A DNA stretch of 64,000 bases from positions 512,001 to 576,000 of the forward strand of contig CP060223.1 of the NCBI GenBank assembly GCA_023898465.1, written 5' to 3'. Every line of letters begins with the position of its first letter. The stretch's first letter is position 1. The DNA comes from Candidatus Nomurabacteria bacterium (GTDB lineage: Bacteria; Patescibacteriota; Patescibacteriia; HK-STAS-PATE-3). The translations under genes and the position numbers were made by a program. Shown here piece after piece: positions 26,964 through 35,920 of the stretch. Under the pieces are notes generated by a model that saw only the letters and a list, made by a program, of their open reading frames with translations, was not told the DNA's origin and ran no database searches.

Positions 26964-27563
26964 ATGTCGCTTATTCAGGCTCGTGTACACGAGCAAATAG
27001 CCTTCAGCAATCAAGCTGATTTCACACGACTACTGCAGCGCTATCTCGTCGCGGACCAAATCCAGCCGGGGCATCAGAACGGTACAGCTGAAGTCTCGGA
27101 AAGGCCGCGGGTGGTTCGTTTTCCTGGATGCCTGGTAGTGACGGCCGCCTATCGAAACCTCGCAGTTGGAGGGATCGACCGGTCAGACCTGCACAGACTG
27201 CATCACTTGCACGCATCACTTCGCGCCGAGCTGTATGAACCTGATGAGCTGGCCCGGGTTGGATTCTGGTCGCAGACTGATCCGGCTGCCGTCGTCACTC
27301 TCACAGCCCTGGGTGGCGGGATTCAAGAGGTTCGCTTCTTCGAATCCGAATGGCAAAGGTGCGATCAAATTCCACTCTTCTTCCAACGACTCCGTGAAGA
27401 GCATGGCGATGACGCAAATATCATCGTGCTAGAAGCGGCAGCTGCGAAGGAGATGCTCGAACTGGGCATCACGCCAAAGAGCTTGCAGTGTTTCTTGGTC
27501 CAGATCGATGCCCACCGGGTTTCTGTCGTCGACAACTTCATGCCAACTTTCGTGCCCAAGTAG
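26964..27563 (+). CDS. Hypothetical protein (within GC-rich island)
   Basis: 199 aa. ATG with an upstream GGAGG Shine-Dalgarno. No domain recognised. Confidence 0.5.
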   Translation: MSLIQARVHEQIAFSNQADFTRLLQRYLVADQIQPGHQNGTAEVSERPRVVRFPGCLVVTAAYRNLAVGGIDRSDLHRLHHLHASLRAELYEPDELARVGFWSQTDPAAVVTLTALGGGIQEVRFFESEWQRCDQIPLFFQRLREEHGDDANIIVLEAAAAKEMLELGITPKSLQCFLVQIDAHRVSVVDNFMPTFVPK

Positions 27564-27575
27564 GAGGATCTCCCA

Positions 27576-27608
27576 GGCCCTGAGGTAAACACTTCAGGGC
27601 CTTTTTTA
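27576..27608 (+). terminator. Intrinsic terminator after the 26964-27563 gene
   Basis: Stem GGCCCTGAG/TTCAGGGCC with an 8-nt loop, followed by TTTTTTA. Confidence 0.55.
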
Positions 27609-27621
27609 TTTTACGTATGAC

Positions 27622-27649
27622 TTGACAAAAGCCCTCTTTTTAGTATACT
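27622..27649 (+). promoter_or_regulatory. Sigma70-like promoter TTGACA-N16-TATACT upstream of the 27719 gene
   Basis: TTGACA at 27622-27627 and TATACT at 27644-27649. The downstream gene has an AAGAGGAGG Shine-Dalgarno. Confidence 0.4.
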
Positions 27650-27718
27650 GGCCGGTCTAGAAATAGTAGTAGCTATCGAACGGAACGTATATTCACAAAG
27701 GGAAGAGGAGGCTCAAAC

Positions 27719-29161
27719 GTGGTGCAGAAGACTGCCACGGCTTGGGTCGTGGCATTCATTCTTCTGTTCTGCCACGCTCAAGCCTCGACTGCTACAGTCA
27801 CTCATTTCGTTTTTGGCATGCGCGGCAACGCGAATGTCGACGTGTGTGACAACGGCGACCTTCGCCAGTTTCACACCACGCCGGCAGGTGGACTCGTATT
27901 CACCAGTATGGGAGGTGGCGAATTCGAGATCGGTCTCGAGGGTCAAGTCAGCTGCAGTCGTGATGGAGGAGGTGGAGAAAACCTCATCCAAAACGGCGCT
28001 TTTGACCAGGGCACTTGCTCAGAATGGGAATTGGAGGACCCCAATGGACGCGCTGCAGCATCCTGTAGCAATGAGGGTCGCGTCACCGTGCAGAGTAGCG
28101 GACAATACTACGAAGTCCAGCTCAAGCAATCGATCCCGCTGATCAATGGTCAATGGTATCGTCTGAGCTTCGACGGCGACAGTAGCGTTCGCCACATCAT
28201 ACCGGTCGGAATTATCAATCCGGCCAGCTATGATTCGATCGGCCTCTGGGCTGATTGCGATCTGCACACCGATCGACGCAGCTTCGAATACCTTTTTCGC
28301 TCCAGTGAGACCATCTCTGATGCACGCTTCAGTTTCTACATTGGTGAACATCCGGCGACCTATCGTTTCGACAACGTAACGATAGTGCCGGTTGATCCCA
28401 GTGCAGACTGTTTCCGTGCTCCAGGTGAACTCATTGTGAACGGAGGGTTCGAGTGCGATCAGGTCTGCCAGCACGCTTGGCGATTCGAGGATCACTTTGG
28501 ACCCGGCTATGCTCTGTGCGATGCTGTGTCCCATAGTGGTGCTCACTCAGCCAAGCTACGACCAGCTCAAGCGGGTCAGTACTACGAAACGCAGTATCAG
28601 CAGCTTGTCACTGTCCAACAGGGACAACGCTATGAATTGCGTTTCTACGCCCGGACCAATCGTGACCCGCAGACTATTGTGGTCGAGCTGGTTGACCCAC
28701 AGAGCTTTGCGAACCGCGGACTCGTCTTTGGTCCCGTGCTCAACAGTAGCTGGACTGAGGTGCGACAAAGCTTCACTGCCAATCGTAGTGGTGTTGCTCG
28801 TCTCGGTTTTGCGGTTGGTAACTGGGACCCTGGTACTCCGGTCTGGATCGACGACGTCAGCTTGCGTCCGGTACTTAGCGTCGGAGGCGGTGACGCACAA
28901 AGCGCGACACCATCAGCCCTGGCCACCCAAGCGAACGCTGCAGTCTTTGCTCTAGAGCAACGAGCTGATGTTCGTATCAACGTCTTTGACGTGGGAGGAC
29001 GTCAAATTGCTGGCGAGTCTCGCTCCTTGTCTGCCGGGACTCATACCTACATCTGGGACGGATTGCTGCACAGCGGTGTCCGTGCTCCCAGCGGCATTTA
29101 CTTTGTCCAGGTCACCGGCGCTAGTGTCCATGCCATCAAACGCATTGTAATGGTGCGTTAG
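27719..29161 (+). CDS. Secreted protein with two CBM4/9-like carbohydrate-binding-type domains and a C-terminal T9SS type-A (Por/FlgD-Ig-like) sorting domain
   Basis: Signal peptide (MVQKTATAWVVAFILLFCHAQAST). Two NG(A/G)F(D/E)... jelly-roll-like segments. The C-terminal roughly 75 aa (VRINVFDVGGRQIAG...LSAGTHTYIWDGLLHSGVRAPSGIYFVQVTGASVHAIKRIVMVR) match the T9SS CTD consensus (vyDv.Gr.v...l.aG.h...WdG.d..G..v.sGvYfv.l). GTG start. Confidence 0.6.
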   Translation: MVQKTATAWVVAFILLFCHAQASTATVTHFVFGMRGNANVDVCDNGDLRQFHTTPAGGLVFTSMGGGEFEIGLEGQVSCSRDGGGGENLIQNGAFDQGTCSEWELEDPNGRAAASCSNEGRVTVQSSGQYYEVQLKQSIPLINGQWYRLSFDGDSSVRHIIPVGIINPASYDSIGLWADCDLHTDRRSFEYLFRSSETISDARFSFYIGEHPATYRFDNVTIVPVDPSADCFRAPGELIVNGGFECDQVCQHAWRFEDHFGPGYALCDAVSHSGAHSAKLRPAQAGQYYETQYQQLVTVQQGQRYELRFYARTNRDPQTIVVELVDPQSFANRGLVFGPVLNSSWTEVRQSFTANRSGVARLGFAVGNWDPGTPVWIDDVSLRPVLSVGGGDAQSATPSALATQANAAVFALEQRADVRINVFDVGGRQIAGESRSLSAGTHTYIWDGLLHSGVRAPSGIYFVQVTGASVHAIKRIVMVR

Positions 29162-29194
29162 AGGCTGGAACCATGCGTCAACACATCTACAACA

Positions 29195-29230
29195 GCGCCT
29201 GAAGAGATTTACTCTCTCAGGCGCTTTTTT
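29195..29230 (+). terminator. Intrinsic terminator between convergent genes
   Basis: Stem GCGCCTGAAGAG/CTCT-CAGGCGC (one bulge) followed by TTTTTT at 29225-29230. Confidence 0.55.
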
Positions 29231-29287
29231 GTATATGAAAAGCCGCCAAAGTTCCGAAGAAGCTTGGCGGCGAGAGACGAGGAGGGA

Positions 29288-29611
29288 TCAGGCGCCCTCA
29301 GTACTGACCTCCTCCTTCCCGCAAAGATGCAGGATGAATGACAATAGCGTGAGGAACCCGAGGATCCCGCCTGCAATAAGCAGGAACCAGCGGCCGAGGT
29401 CTCCGAAGAAACCCCGATAGACTCCTTCGATGAAGGGACGATGACCCGTGCCTTCAAACACGAGTACCGTGGGGAATCCTCCCCAAAACATGAGGAGGGA
29501 GATGATCGCAAGAGTCGCCACCGACACACCCATGGCAAAGGGCGACAGAATGATCGCCAGTCCCATGTGCTTTCCGACCAGCTTGAGCAAACCCGTAAAC
29601 AAGCGTGCCAT
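29288..29611 (-). CDS. Hypothetical membrane protein
   Basis: ATG at 29609-29611 (MARLFTGLLKLV...). Two or three TM helices. No family recognised. Confidence 0.45.
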   Translation of the reverse strand: MARLFTGLLKLVGKHMGLAIILSPFAMGVSVATLAIISLLMFWGGFPTVLVFEGTGHRPFIEGVYRGFFGDLGRWFLLIAGGILGFLTLLSFILHLCGKEEVSTEGA

Positions 29612-29721
29612 AATAGTATTCCTCGTATGTACCGACCTCAAAAGGTCGAGTTTGAGTCAATGTACAAAACGTATCTGGGCAATATAATAGCACATTTCGT
29701 TTATTTTGTCAATATATAAAG

Positions 29722-30996
29722 CTAAAATCTTGCTAATCTTGGCGAATTATCATGCAATACTGTGCTTGCTGCAATAGTTTTACGGAAGCCCACTCGCTCT
29801 TGCGCATGCTTCCGTACATTCCACATTGCTCCCCAACGCAACATATACGCACCATAACGCTCATGCACTCGATCAATCACTGCTTCAACAGCATCGTGAT
29901 TTACCTCGGGCCAAATCTTGAGCTGACCGCTCCTTGGGCGTAAGCGAAAAGTGCCTATGCCTAAAAAAGTAAGGAAGCGTCCATGAACTTCTGGTGCTAA
30001 CATATCCCAGGCCAATTGAAAAAGCTTTCGCCCTTCGCGTAGCCCATCACCTAACTTACGCTGTCCACCGTGTGAAGCGCCTTCAGCCATACGGGTATAT
30101 TCACTTGGCACACTGCGAGCCATTGCCCAGATGCCATGGGCTTCTAAGTTCTTCTGGCGCAATTCCCGAGCAGTCTTTTCGCAAAGCTTCATCAACACCG
30201 CTCGGTGAAAAGTGTGATCGCGCGTACGTTCACGCAAGACATGCGTATGTCCAATTGACTTCGGGTCTCGCTCCTCCTGCACACCGCCTAATTCAATCCC
30301 TTGCACATTTGCCCAGAGCTCATAGCCACGCACTCCGAGAGCCTCCATTAGATTAGTAACTGGATAGCGATAAAGATCCTCGAGAGTAAAAATACCTAAA
30401 GCATGCAGGCGACGTTCATAGCCCTTATTAATCCCCCAAGCCTCAGTCACTGGTCGGCCGGCCAAGTAGCTTGGCACCTGGCGCCGCTCAAGCACAACCG
30501 TCCCACCCTTTGGCGCAATATCAGAGGCGAACTTAGCTAACCAGCGAGTTGGTGCTACCCCAATGGAACACCGCAGCCACTCGCCCACCTCGCGAAAAAT
30601 ACGCTGACGAAAAGCCTCACCTATCTTCGCCACTTCATCAAGTGAATGGGCGTCACCAGTGAAATCAACAAAAGCCTCGTCAATTGAGTAAGGCTCGATA
30701 TCCTCAGAGTACTCAGCCATGATACGAAAAATTGCTTCAGTGGTGGAATGATACTTTGGTGGATCAACCTCTACCACCTTCAGGGCAGGATAAATGTGCA
30801 AACCATCCTTCACCCGCATACCAGTCACAATGCCTAACGCTTTTGCTTCTCGTGAAGTGGCAATCATGCAGCCTCCCGGCGCCATGGTGGCGGCAATGCC
30901 GACCGGCCGACCTCGCAACTTCGGATTCGCCTGCTGCTCGACTGAGGCGAAATACGAGTTCATATCGAAATGGAGAATGAGGCGAGAATGAGACAT
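29722..30996 (-). CDS. dinB: Y-family DNA polymerase IV
   Basis: N-terminal ILHFDMNSYFASVEQ and conserved palm/finger motifs (SIDEAFVDFTG, the catalytic D/E region). 424 aa. Confidence 0.85.
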   Translation of the reverse strand: MSHSRLILHFDMNSYFASVEQQANPKLRGRPVGIAATMAPGGCMIATSREAKALGIVTGMRVKDGLHIYPALKVVEVDPPKYHSTTEAIFRIMAEYSEDIEPYSIDEAFVDFTGDAHSLDEVAKIGEAFRQRIFREVGEWLRCSIGVAPTRWLAKFASDIAPKGGTVVLERRQVPSYLAGRPVTEAWGINKGYERRLHALGIFTLEDLYRYPVTNLMEALGVRGYELWANVQGIELGGVQEERDPKSIGHTHVLRERTRDHTFHRAVLMKLCEKTARELRQKNLEAHGIWAMARSVPSEYTRMAEGASHGGQRKLGDGLREGRKLFQLAWDMLAPEVHGRFLTFLGIGTFRLRPRSGQLKIWPEVNHDAVEAVIDRVHERYGAYMLRWGAMWNVRKHAQERVGFRKTIAASTVLHDNSPRLARF

Positions 30997-31136
30997 ACGA
31001 TTACTTAACTAGATTGACAAAACAAGCTTATGGGTGGTAAGTAAGAGGACTGTCTGATGCCCCTGAATCGGGTGTCTGTGAGCACTTACTCACATCCGTG
31101 GTGGAGACAGTGTTCCTTACACAGGAGGTAAAACCT

Positions 31137-31655
31137 ATGAGTCGCAAGAGTGCTCACCAAACGAGGACTCCATCAGACATCAACGAAGAATCACCCTTTC
31201 TCAGAACGCTCTACTATTCCTTGATGAAGTGGAGTACGGTCCCGAGGAAAGAGATCGTGCCCGAACTACAGGACGAAATGAGACTGCGAGCTGAGACAAT
31301 GGGTCTCAGCGTCACTCTCTCCAGCGGCGTTCAGGGACCGAGCTACACCGACGTCGTGCTTGGGCTTTACGTCCTGCTGACCCGTAGCTACGTCGAGAGG
31401 TCTATCCAGAACATCATCTGGGGAGTCCTGGGTCACTGCACAAATCATCAGTTCGCCAAGTTCATCCGTTTGACCAACGCGCGGCACAACCCTAATCCCG
31501 AGAGCAGGACAAGGGCGATGAGGGCGCTCTATGAAATCGCTTCATTGGGCCATAGTCGCTGGCTCAATGTTGGGAAGTCCTGGCAACGGGGCGCGAGGTG
31601 GCGCATGAACGAGCTGATCAACTCTGGTCGCTTCGAGGCCCCAATCTATTGGTAA
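31137..31655 (+). CDS. Hypothetical protein
   Basis: ATG at 31137 with an AGGAGG Shine-Dalgarno. 172 aa. No domain recognised. GC-rich. Confidence 0.45.
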   Translation: MSRKSAHQTRTPSDINEESPFLRTLYYSLMKWSTVPRKEIVPELQDEMRLRAETMGLSVTLSSGVQGPSYTDVVLGLYVLLTRSYVERSIQNIIWGVLGHCTNHQFAKFIRLTNARHNPNPESRTRAMRALYEIASLGHSRWLNVGKSWQRGARWRMNELINSGRFEAPIYW

Positions 31656-31666
31656 GGAAGCTACAT

Positions 31667-31699
31667 AGCCCAGACACTCCGGTGTGCTGGGCTTTTTTC
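31667..31699 (+). terminator. Intrinsic terminator
   Basis: Stem GCCCAGACAC/GTGTGCTGGGC followed by TTTTTT. Confidence 0.55.
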
Positions 31700-31884
31700 T
31701 ACTTCACAAACTCCACCTTTTCACACTCACTGCAATACATAGGCTTCATCGCATGCGTCACAAAGGAAGGTAAAGCACGCATAGGCTTAGCGCATTGACT
31801 GCAGCGCTTTGTGCCCCGCTCCTGTTTTGTTTCTCGAATCGTACGCGGTGTCATATATTTTCGTTTGCCCTCCATAGACACCAT
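31699..31884 (-). CDS. Small zinc-ribbon ORF (CxxC-x17-CxxC), possibly the C-terminal fragment of a frameshifted gene
   Basis: 61 aa with CSQCAKPMRALPSFVTHAMKPMYCSEC. Overlaps by 34 nt, in another frame, with the upstream 86-aa ORF. Confidence 0.3.
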   Translation of the reverse strand: MVSMEGKRKYMTPRTIRETKQERGTKRCSQCAKPMRALPSFVTHAMKPMYCSECEKVEFVK

Positions 31885-32111
31885 TCCAAGCGTATGGTGT
31901 CAAAACAAAGATCAAAAGTGTTGTCCTGGCTTGAAACAGCAAAATGATAATAAAGCTTATTGCCATCTCGGCGCCGATAGGTCAGATTCACCCGCTCCAC
32001 TCGATAGCGCTTCTTGCCCCAATGAAAAGCAATCGGCGTAACCTGACGGTCGCGAAAGGCTACTAAGACGCCGATGGGATCAGCTTCCTGGGTATATGCT
32101 TCGGATTGCAT
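31851..32111 (-). CDS. Hypothetical ORF, possibly the N-terminal fragment of the same disrupted gene
   Basis: 86 aa of ordinary composition. An overlapping downstream zinc-ribbon ORF suggests a frameshift or pseudogene. Confidence 0.3.
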   Translation of the reverse strand: MQSEAYTQEADPIGVLVAFRDRQVTPIAFHWGKKRYRVERVNLTYRRRDGNKLYYHFAVSSQDNTFDLCFDTIRLEWCLWRANENI

Positions 32112-32281
32112 GGCTTTTTCGCTTTTACTTACCTTTCTAGTATAACCGAAGAAAAACCGAAAGTCAACCCCGAGTGCAAACGAGGAGGGTGACTTTCGTC
32201 TCGCCCTTGCCTATCCCCCGCCTTTGCTCTAGGCTACACTGCAGACCTTTGCTCTTTACCGTCCTGACCAAAGGAGGCACT

Positions 32282-32680
32282 ATGGTCATCGGAAACGTCG
32301 GAGCAGCGCTACTGCACCAACGTCATGGTGTCCGAGTCTTTCTCTATGTTTTGCATGCAACGCGAAAGTGCGTGATCGTGCCACTGCAAACCGAGTCAGC
32401 CATCCTCACCACGGCCGAAGTTCCAACGGTCATTAGGAGAGTCCTGGAAGTCGAAACCAGCCTCACGAAGGGTGCGGCTAGCTTCAGTCTACTTCTCCGC
32501 TCTCGCCGAAACCCTGATCGTCTGGAAACCTGGGATATCGAAAATCCTGAAGGAGATATCACCTTCAAGCCCGGAGCTACAGCAACGGAAGTCACCAACC
32601 GTGTGAGAACAGCGATCATGGCACACCAAGATCGGGAACGCGTGTTTCCCGAGCTCGAACAATCTACCACCGCGGCCTAG
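32282..32680 (+). CDS. Hypothetical protein
   Basis: ATG at 32282 preceded by an AAAGGAGG Shine-Dalgarno. 132 aa. No domain recognised. Confidence 0.4.
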   Translation: MVIGNVGAALLHQRHGVRVFLYVLHATRKCVIVPLQTESAILTTAEVPTVIRRVLEVETSLTKGAASFSLLLRSRRNPDRLETWDIENPEGDITFKPGATATEVTNRVRTAIMAHQDRERVFPELEQSTTAA

Positions 32681-32695
32681 TGCTGCGGTGGCTTC

Positions 32696-34465
32696 TTATG
32701 TAAATTTGATAACCTGCCCAGGTTGAAGAGACTTACCTGATTGCGTCTGTGGCTGACTATGTTTCTCTTGTGCCTGAACAGACTTTGACTGCTCAGCTTG
32801 CTTCGGAGTATTTTTGGCTGGCTGACTCTTTTCCTGAGGTTGCTTCTTCTTAGGCTTCGCTGTGAATTGCACAGGACCTTTACTCAGCGCCTCGTGTAAG
32901 CTAATTTCTTTTGGTGGCTCAGGAGCTACTTCACGCAACTGCTCAGGCTCAGGTGCCGTTTGTGTAAAATTCGGTCGATCGTTTCTTCCCTGCTCTCGCT
33001 CATTGCGTGGACGGGAGCTGTTTTGATTACCTTGAGGATTTGGTTGACGATTTCGGTCATTCCCGCCTGATCGTTGTCGAGATCCGCCGCCTTGATTTTG
33101 ACGCGGTCCACTTCCCCCTCGACGATCATTTCCACCCCTATTACCGCCGCTACGATTTCCGCCACCCTGGGAACCCTGTCCGAGGAAGATTTCATCAACT
33201 CCAGTCCATCGGCGGATTTTATCTTCTACAATCTCTCGCTTCTTAGCATAGCGCTCACGTGACACCTCAATCACTTTTTGCCCATTACCGGTTGGACCGC
33301 TCACTGGCTCCAGAGTTGTAGCGGAAAAAGGCTCAGAAGCTACTCCATCAATCATTAAGCGGAGATAAATATCGTACTTGGTCAGGTTTACTAAATCAGT
33401 CTCAGTGAAGGTGGGATCAAACTCTTTAGCCAAAAACTCTGCATCAGCGGCACCAACACGGAAACACACGATCGATCCGACGTTGCCAAAAACAGCCGCG
33501 CGAACTTGCTCATCTAACTGCTCAATATACTGGTGAGCCATGATAAGATTTAAGCGATACTTACGCGCCTCTGACAAAATGTTGGCAAAGCTCTCAGTGG
33601 CAAAGTTTTGAAATTCGTCAACATAGAGGAAAAAATCTTTACGATCTTTTTCCGCAATGTCTACGCGACTCATGGCCGCCAACTGAATCTTGGTAATCAT
33701 CATACCACCCAGCAAAGCTGCATTATCTTCACCAATACGGCCTTTGGAAAGGTTCAGTAAGACAATCTTTTGCTCGTCCATCAATTGCCGCAAATCAAAA
33801 GTACTCTTCGGCTGGCCAATGATATTACGAATCATTGATGAGGAAAGAAATTGACCAATCTTGTTTTGGATAGGTGAAACAGCTTCGGTACGGAATTGGT
33901 TAGCGTATTGGCCGAATTCCTCATGCCAGAAAGCCTTCACAATAGGATCAGTTAGCTTCTCCACCACTTTTGATCGATAGTCGTTGTCGACGAGAATACG
34001 AGGAATACCCAAAAGTGTTGACCCAGGATACTCAATCAAGGAGAGAATACTATTGCGCAAAATGTATTCCAATCGAGGTCCCCATGAGTCGCTCCACATT
34101 TTTTTAAACACCGAAACAAGACCCGAGGCTACTAAGTGGCGGTGGGCAGGGTTTACACTTTCTAAGACGTTGAAGGCTACCGGATAATCTACATCAGCCG
34201 GATTAATATACACCACATCATTAATTCGATGTGAAGGAATGTAATCTAAAATCTTTTCCACAAAGTCACCGTGCGGATCAATCACAGCTAAGCCATGACC
34301 AGCTCGCACATCCTGGATCATCATATTTTCAAGCACCGTCGTCTTACCCATACCGGTCTTACCGATAAAGTACATGTGACGGCGTCGATCATCTATTCTA
34401 ATACCAAAGCGCCGCTGCTGATTGCGGAAATTCGTTTTAGCAAAAAAATTAATATCTTCACTCAT
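32696..34465 (-). CDS. VirD4/TraG/TraD-family type IV coupling-protein-like P-loop ATPase with a Gly/Arg/Gln-rich C-terminal tail
   Basis: Walker A GKTGMGKTT. Walker B plus TraG-D_C-like segment LYVDEFQNF...ARKYRLNLIMAHQYIEQL. The C-terminal roughly 170 aa are low complexity (GGNRSGGNRGGNDRRGGSGPRQNQGGG...). Confidence 0.7.
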   Translation of the reverse strand: MSEDINFFAKTNFRNQQRRFGIRIDDRRRHMYFIGKTGMGKTTVLENMMIQDVRAGHGLAVIDPHGDFVEKILDYIPSHRINDVVYINPADVDYPVAFNVLESVNPAHRHLVASGLVSVFKKMWSDSWGPRLEYILRNSILSLIEYPGSTLLGIPRILVDNDYRSKVVEKLTDPIVKAFWHEEFGQYANQFRTEAVSPIQNKIGQFLSSSMIRNIIGQPKSTFDLRQLMDEQKIVLLNLSKGRIGEDNAALLGGMMITKIQLAAMSRVDIAEKDRKDFFLYVDEFQNFATESFANILSEARKYRLNLIMAHQYIEQLDEQVRAAVFGNVGSIVCFRVGAADAEFLAKEFDPTFTETDLVNLTKYDIYLRLMIDGVASEPFSATTLEPVSGPTGNGQKVIEVSRERYAKKREIVEDKIRRWTGVDEIFLGQGSQGGGNRSGGNRGGNDRRGGSGPRQNQGGGSRQRSGGNDRNRQPNPQGNQNSSRPRNEREQGRNDRPNFTQTAPEPEQLREVAPEPPKEISLHEALSKGPVQFTAKPKKKQPQEKSQPAKNTPKQAEQSKSVQAQEKHSQPQTQSGKSLQPGQVIKFT

Positions 34466-34468
34466 GGA

Positions 34469-35887
34469 TTATATTGGGAGATTACTGGGCGGTTGATCCT
34501 TTTCCTCGGCGTCCGAACTGAGCACCTCTTGATCAGGGTCCACCGGCACGGACTGAACTTGCTTTGCTCGACGAATTGGCACCACTTCAACTGGTAAACT
34601 GCTTGGAGGTTCAGCGCGGCGAGCTTCTGTCTTCTGCACTAATGGAGCTTTCACGTTCACTACTGGGAAGTGATAAATGGTGGCAAGCTCTTCAATGTTC
34701 AGCACATAGGGATCAGCACCGGTCGACATGTCACGATTTTGGAAGGCTCGTAAAATTCGCTTCTTCTTAGTGGCAATCCGTTTTTCTTTACCCAAGTATT
34801 TTGCTTTTGGCTTTGTCTTCTTATCGACTTTGAAGCCATTCATGTCCAGGGTATTAAATTGCTTTAAGGCTCCGGTAATACCTGGCACGCGATCCTTGGA
34901 AAAAGAATCGCCTTCGCCTAAGTATACAATACGCATTTTACAATCGAAATAGAGCTTGGCGGTCTTGTACGAAATCGCTTCAATAACTGCTTTATCGTTT
35001 GGCGTTAAGTGACTCATGATAGAAGCCTCTTTTGAATCCGAGGATTCCTCTTTACCAAAAGGACTGACAAGGTCAGCGGTAAAGGTTTCAGTCAAGCCAC
35101 TGGCAACCTGTTTTGGTAGCCAAAGCACATTATCAAGCAAGCCTCCACCACCTCCACTTGATCCATAGGTTGCCTTAGCGAGCTTCTTAATAATTCCCCG
35201 AGCTCCATCCAGCCACGAATCATCATCTGGTGGCACAATCATTGTCTGAATCCAAAGCTGCTCACCTGGTCGTAAGCGGCTCATATATTCAAGCAGTGAT
35301 GCCATCGGATCAAGCAGCTGCTGCGTCATCGTATGCTCAAAAGCCGGATAGGTGCGGATCGGGTAATAATCCTTTTGACGCAACACAATATCCGCTCCCC
35401 AGAGATCGTACTCTTCGTTTGGAAACTGGGCGACAAACTGCTGGGTGTAGTCCTCTACTTCGCTAATTTCCGCGTCTGGATACTGTGCGTAAAAAGCCGA
35501 CTCAACTAAATCACGATATTGAATAGGAATCCGCACGAGATATTGGATAAAGCCGCCGATGCTGATAATTTCAAAGCTGAGCGGTGGCTGAAACTCTCCC
35601 TTAATATTTTTTTCGTACCAGGAGGGTGCTGACTCAACACCATGGATGTGCGCAAAAGCTGACTCGAGCGCCTTCGGTGTCTGCTCAGTTTCACGTGGTA
35701 CATCAATCGCTAAAATGACGTACTCAATAGTAGACGCAAAACGCTCCTGGGCGTAACCAGTCCATAGCTTGAAGCCTCCCCAAAACAACGCAACGATAAT
35801 AATAAGCCAGCCGCCATGTGTAAAGAGAAACCAGGTGATGGCGAAAGGGTTAGAAAATTCGCTGAGGAAGGAAAAATCAATTGTCAT
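34469..35887 (-). CDS. Hypothetical membrane protein, conserved partner immediately upstream of the VirD4-like ATPase
   Basis: 472 aa with an N-terminal TM (WFLFTHGGWLIIIVALFWGGF) and a Gly run (SSGGGGGLL). Its stop lies 4 nt from the ATPase start. Confidence 0.55.
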   Translation of the reverse strand: MTIDFSFLSEFSNPFAITWFLFTHGGWLIIIVALFWGGFKLWTGYAQERFASTIEYVILAIDVPRETEQTPKALESAFAHIHGVESAPSWYEKNIKGEFQPPLSFEIISIGGFIQYLVRIPIQYRDLVESAFYAQYPDAEISEVEDYTQQFVAQFPNEEYDLWGADIVLRQKDYYPIRTYPAFEHTMTQQLLDPMASLLEYMSRLRPGEQLWIQTMIVPPDDDSWLDGARGIIKKLAKATYGSSGGGGGLLDNVLWLPKQVASGLTETFTADLVSPFGKEESSDSKEASIMSHLTPNDKAVIEAISYKTAKLYFDCKMRIVYLGEGDSFSKDRVPGITGALKQFNTLDMNGFKVDKKTKPKAKYLGKEKRIATKKKRILRAFQNRDMSTGADPYVLNIEELATIYHFPVVNVKAPLVQKTEARRAEPPSSLPVEVVPIRRAKQVQSVPVDPDQEVLSSDAEEKDQPPSNLPI

Positions 35888-35920
35888 TTGCGTGTTTGTT
35901 TGAGCACGGACGGAAAAGGG

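Larger units (their letters stand above)
26950..32690. other. GC-elevated roughly 5.7-kb segment (rough spot counts about 52-62% vs about 40-48% in flanks), candidate horizontally acquired island
   Basis: Hand base counts on 60-nt samples. Contains a T9SS-CTD-bearing secreted protein, dinB and five hypotheticals. Strong Shine-Dalgarno sequences (AGGAGG) are seen here but are rarer elsewhere. Many spurious antisense ORFs in the ORF track, as expected for GC-rich DNA. Confidence 0.45.

Noticed and set aside
28019-28980. Multiple overlapping ORFs on both strands within 27719-29161 (28019-28546, 28497-28955, 28556-28900, 28645-28980) and similar ones across the GC-rich island
   Set aside because: GC-rich DNA yields long stop-free antisense frames. 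The plus-strand gene has a signal peptide, domain structure and a T9SS-like CTD.
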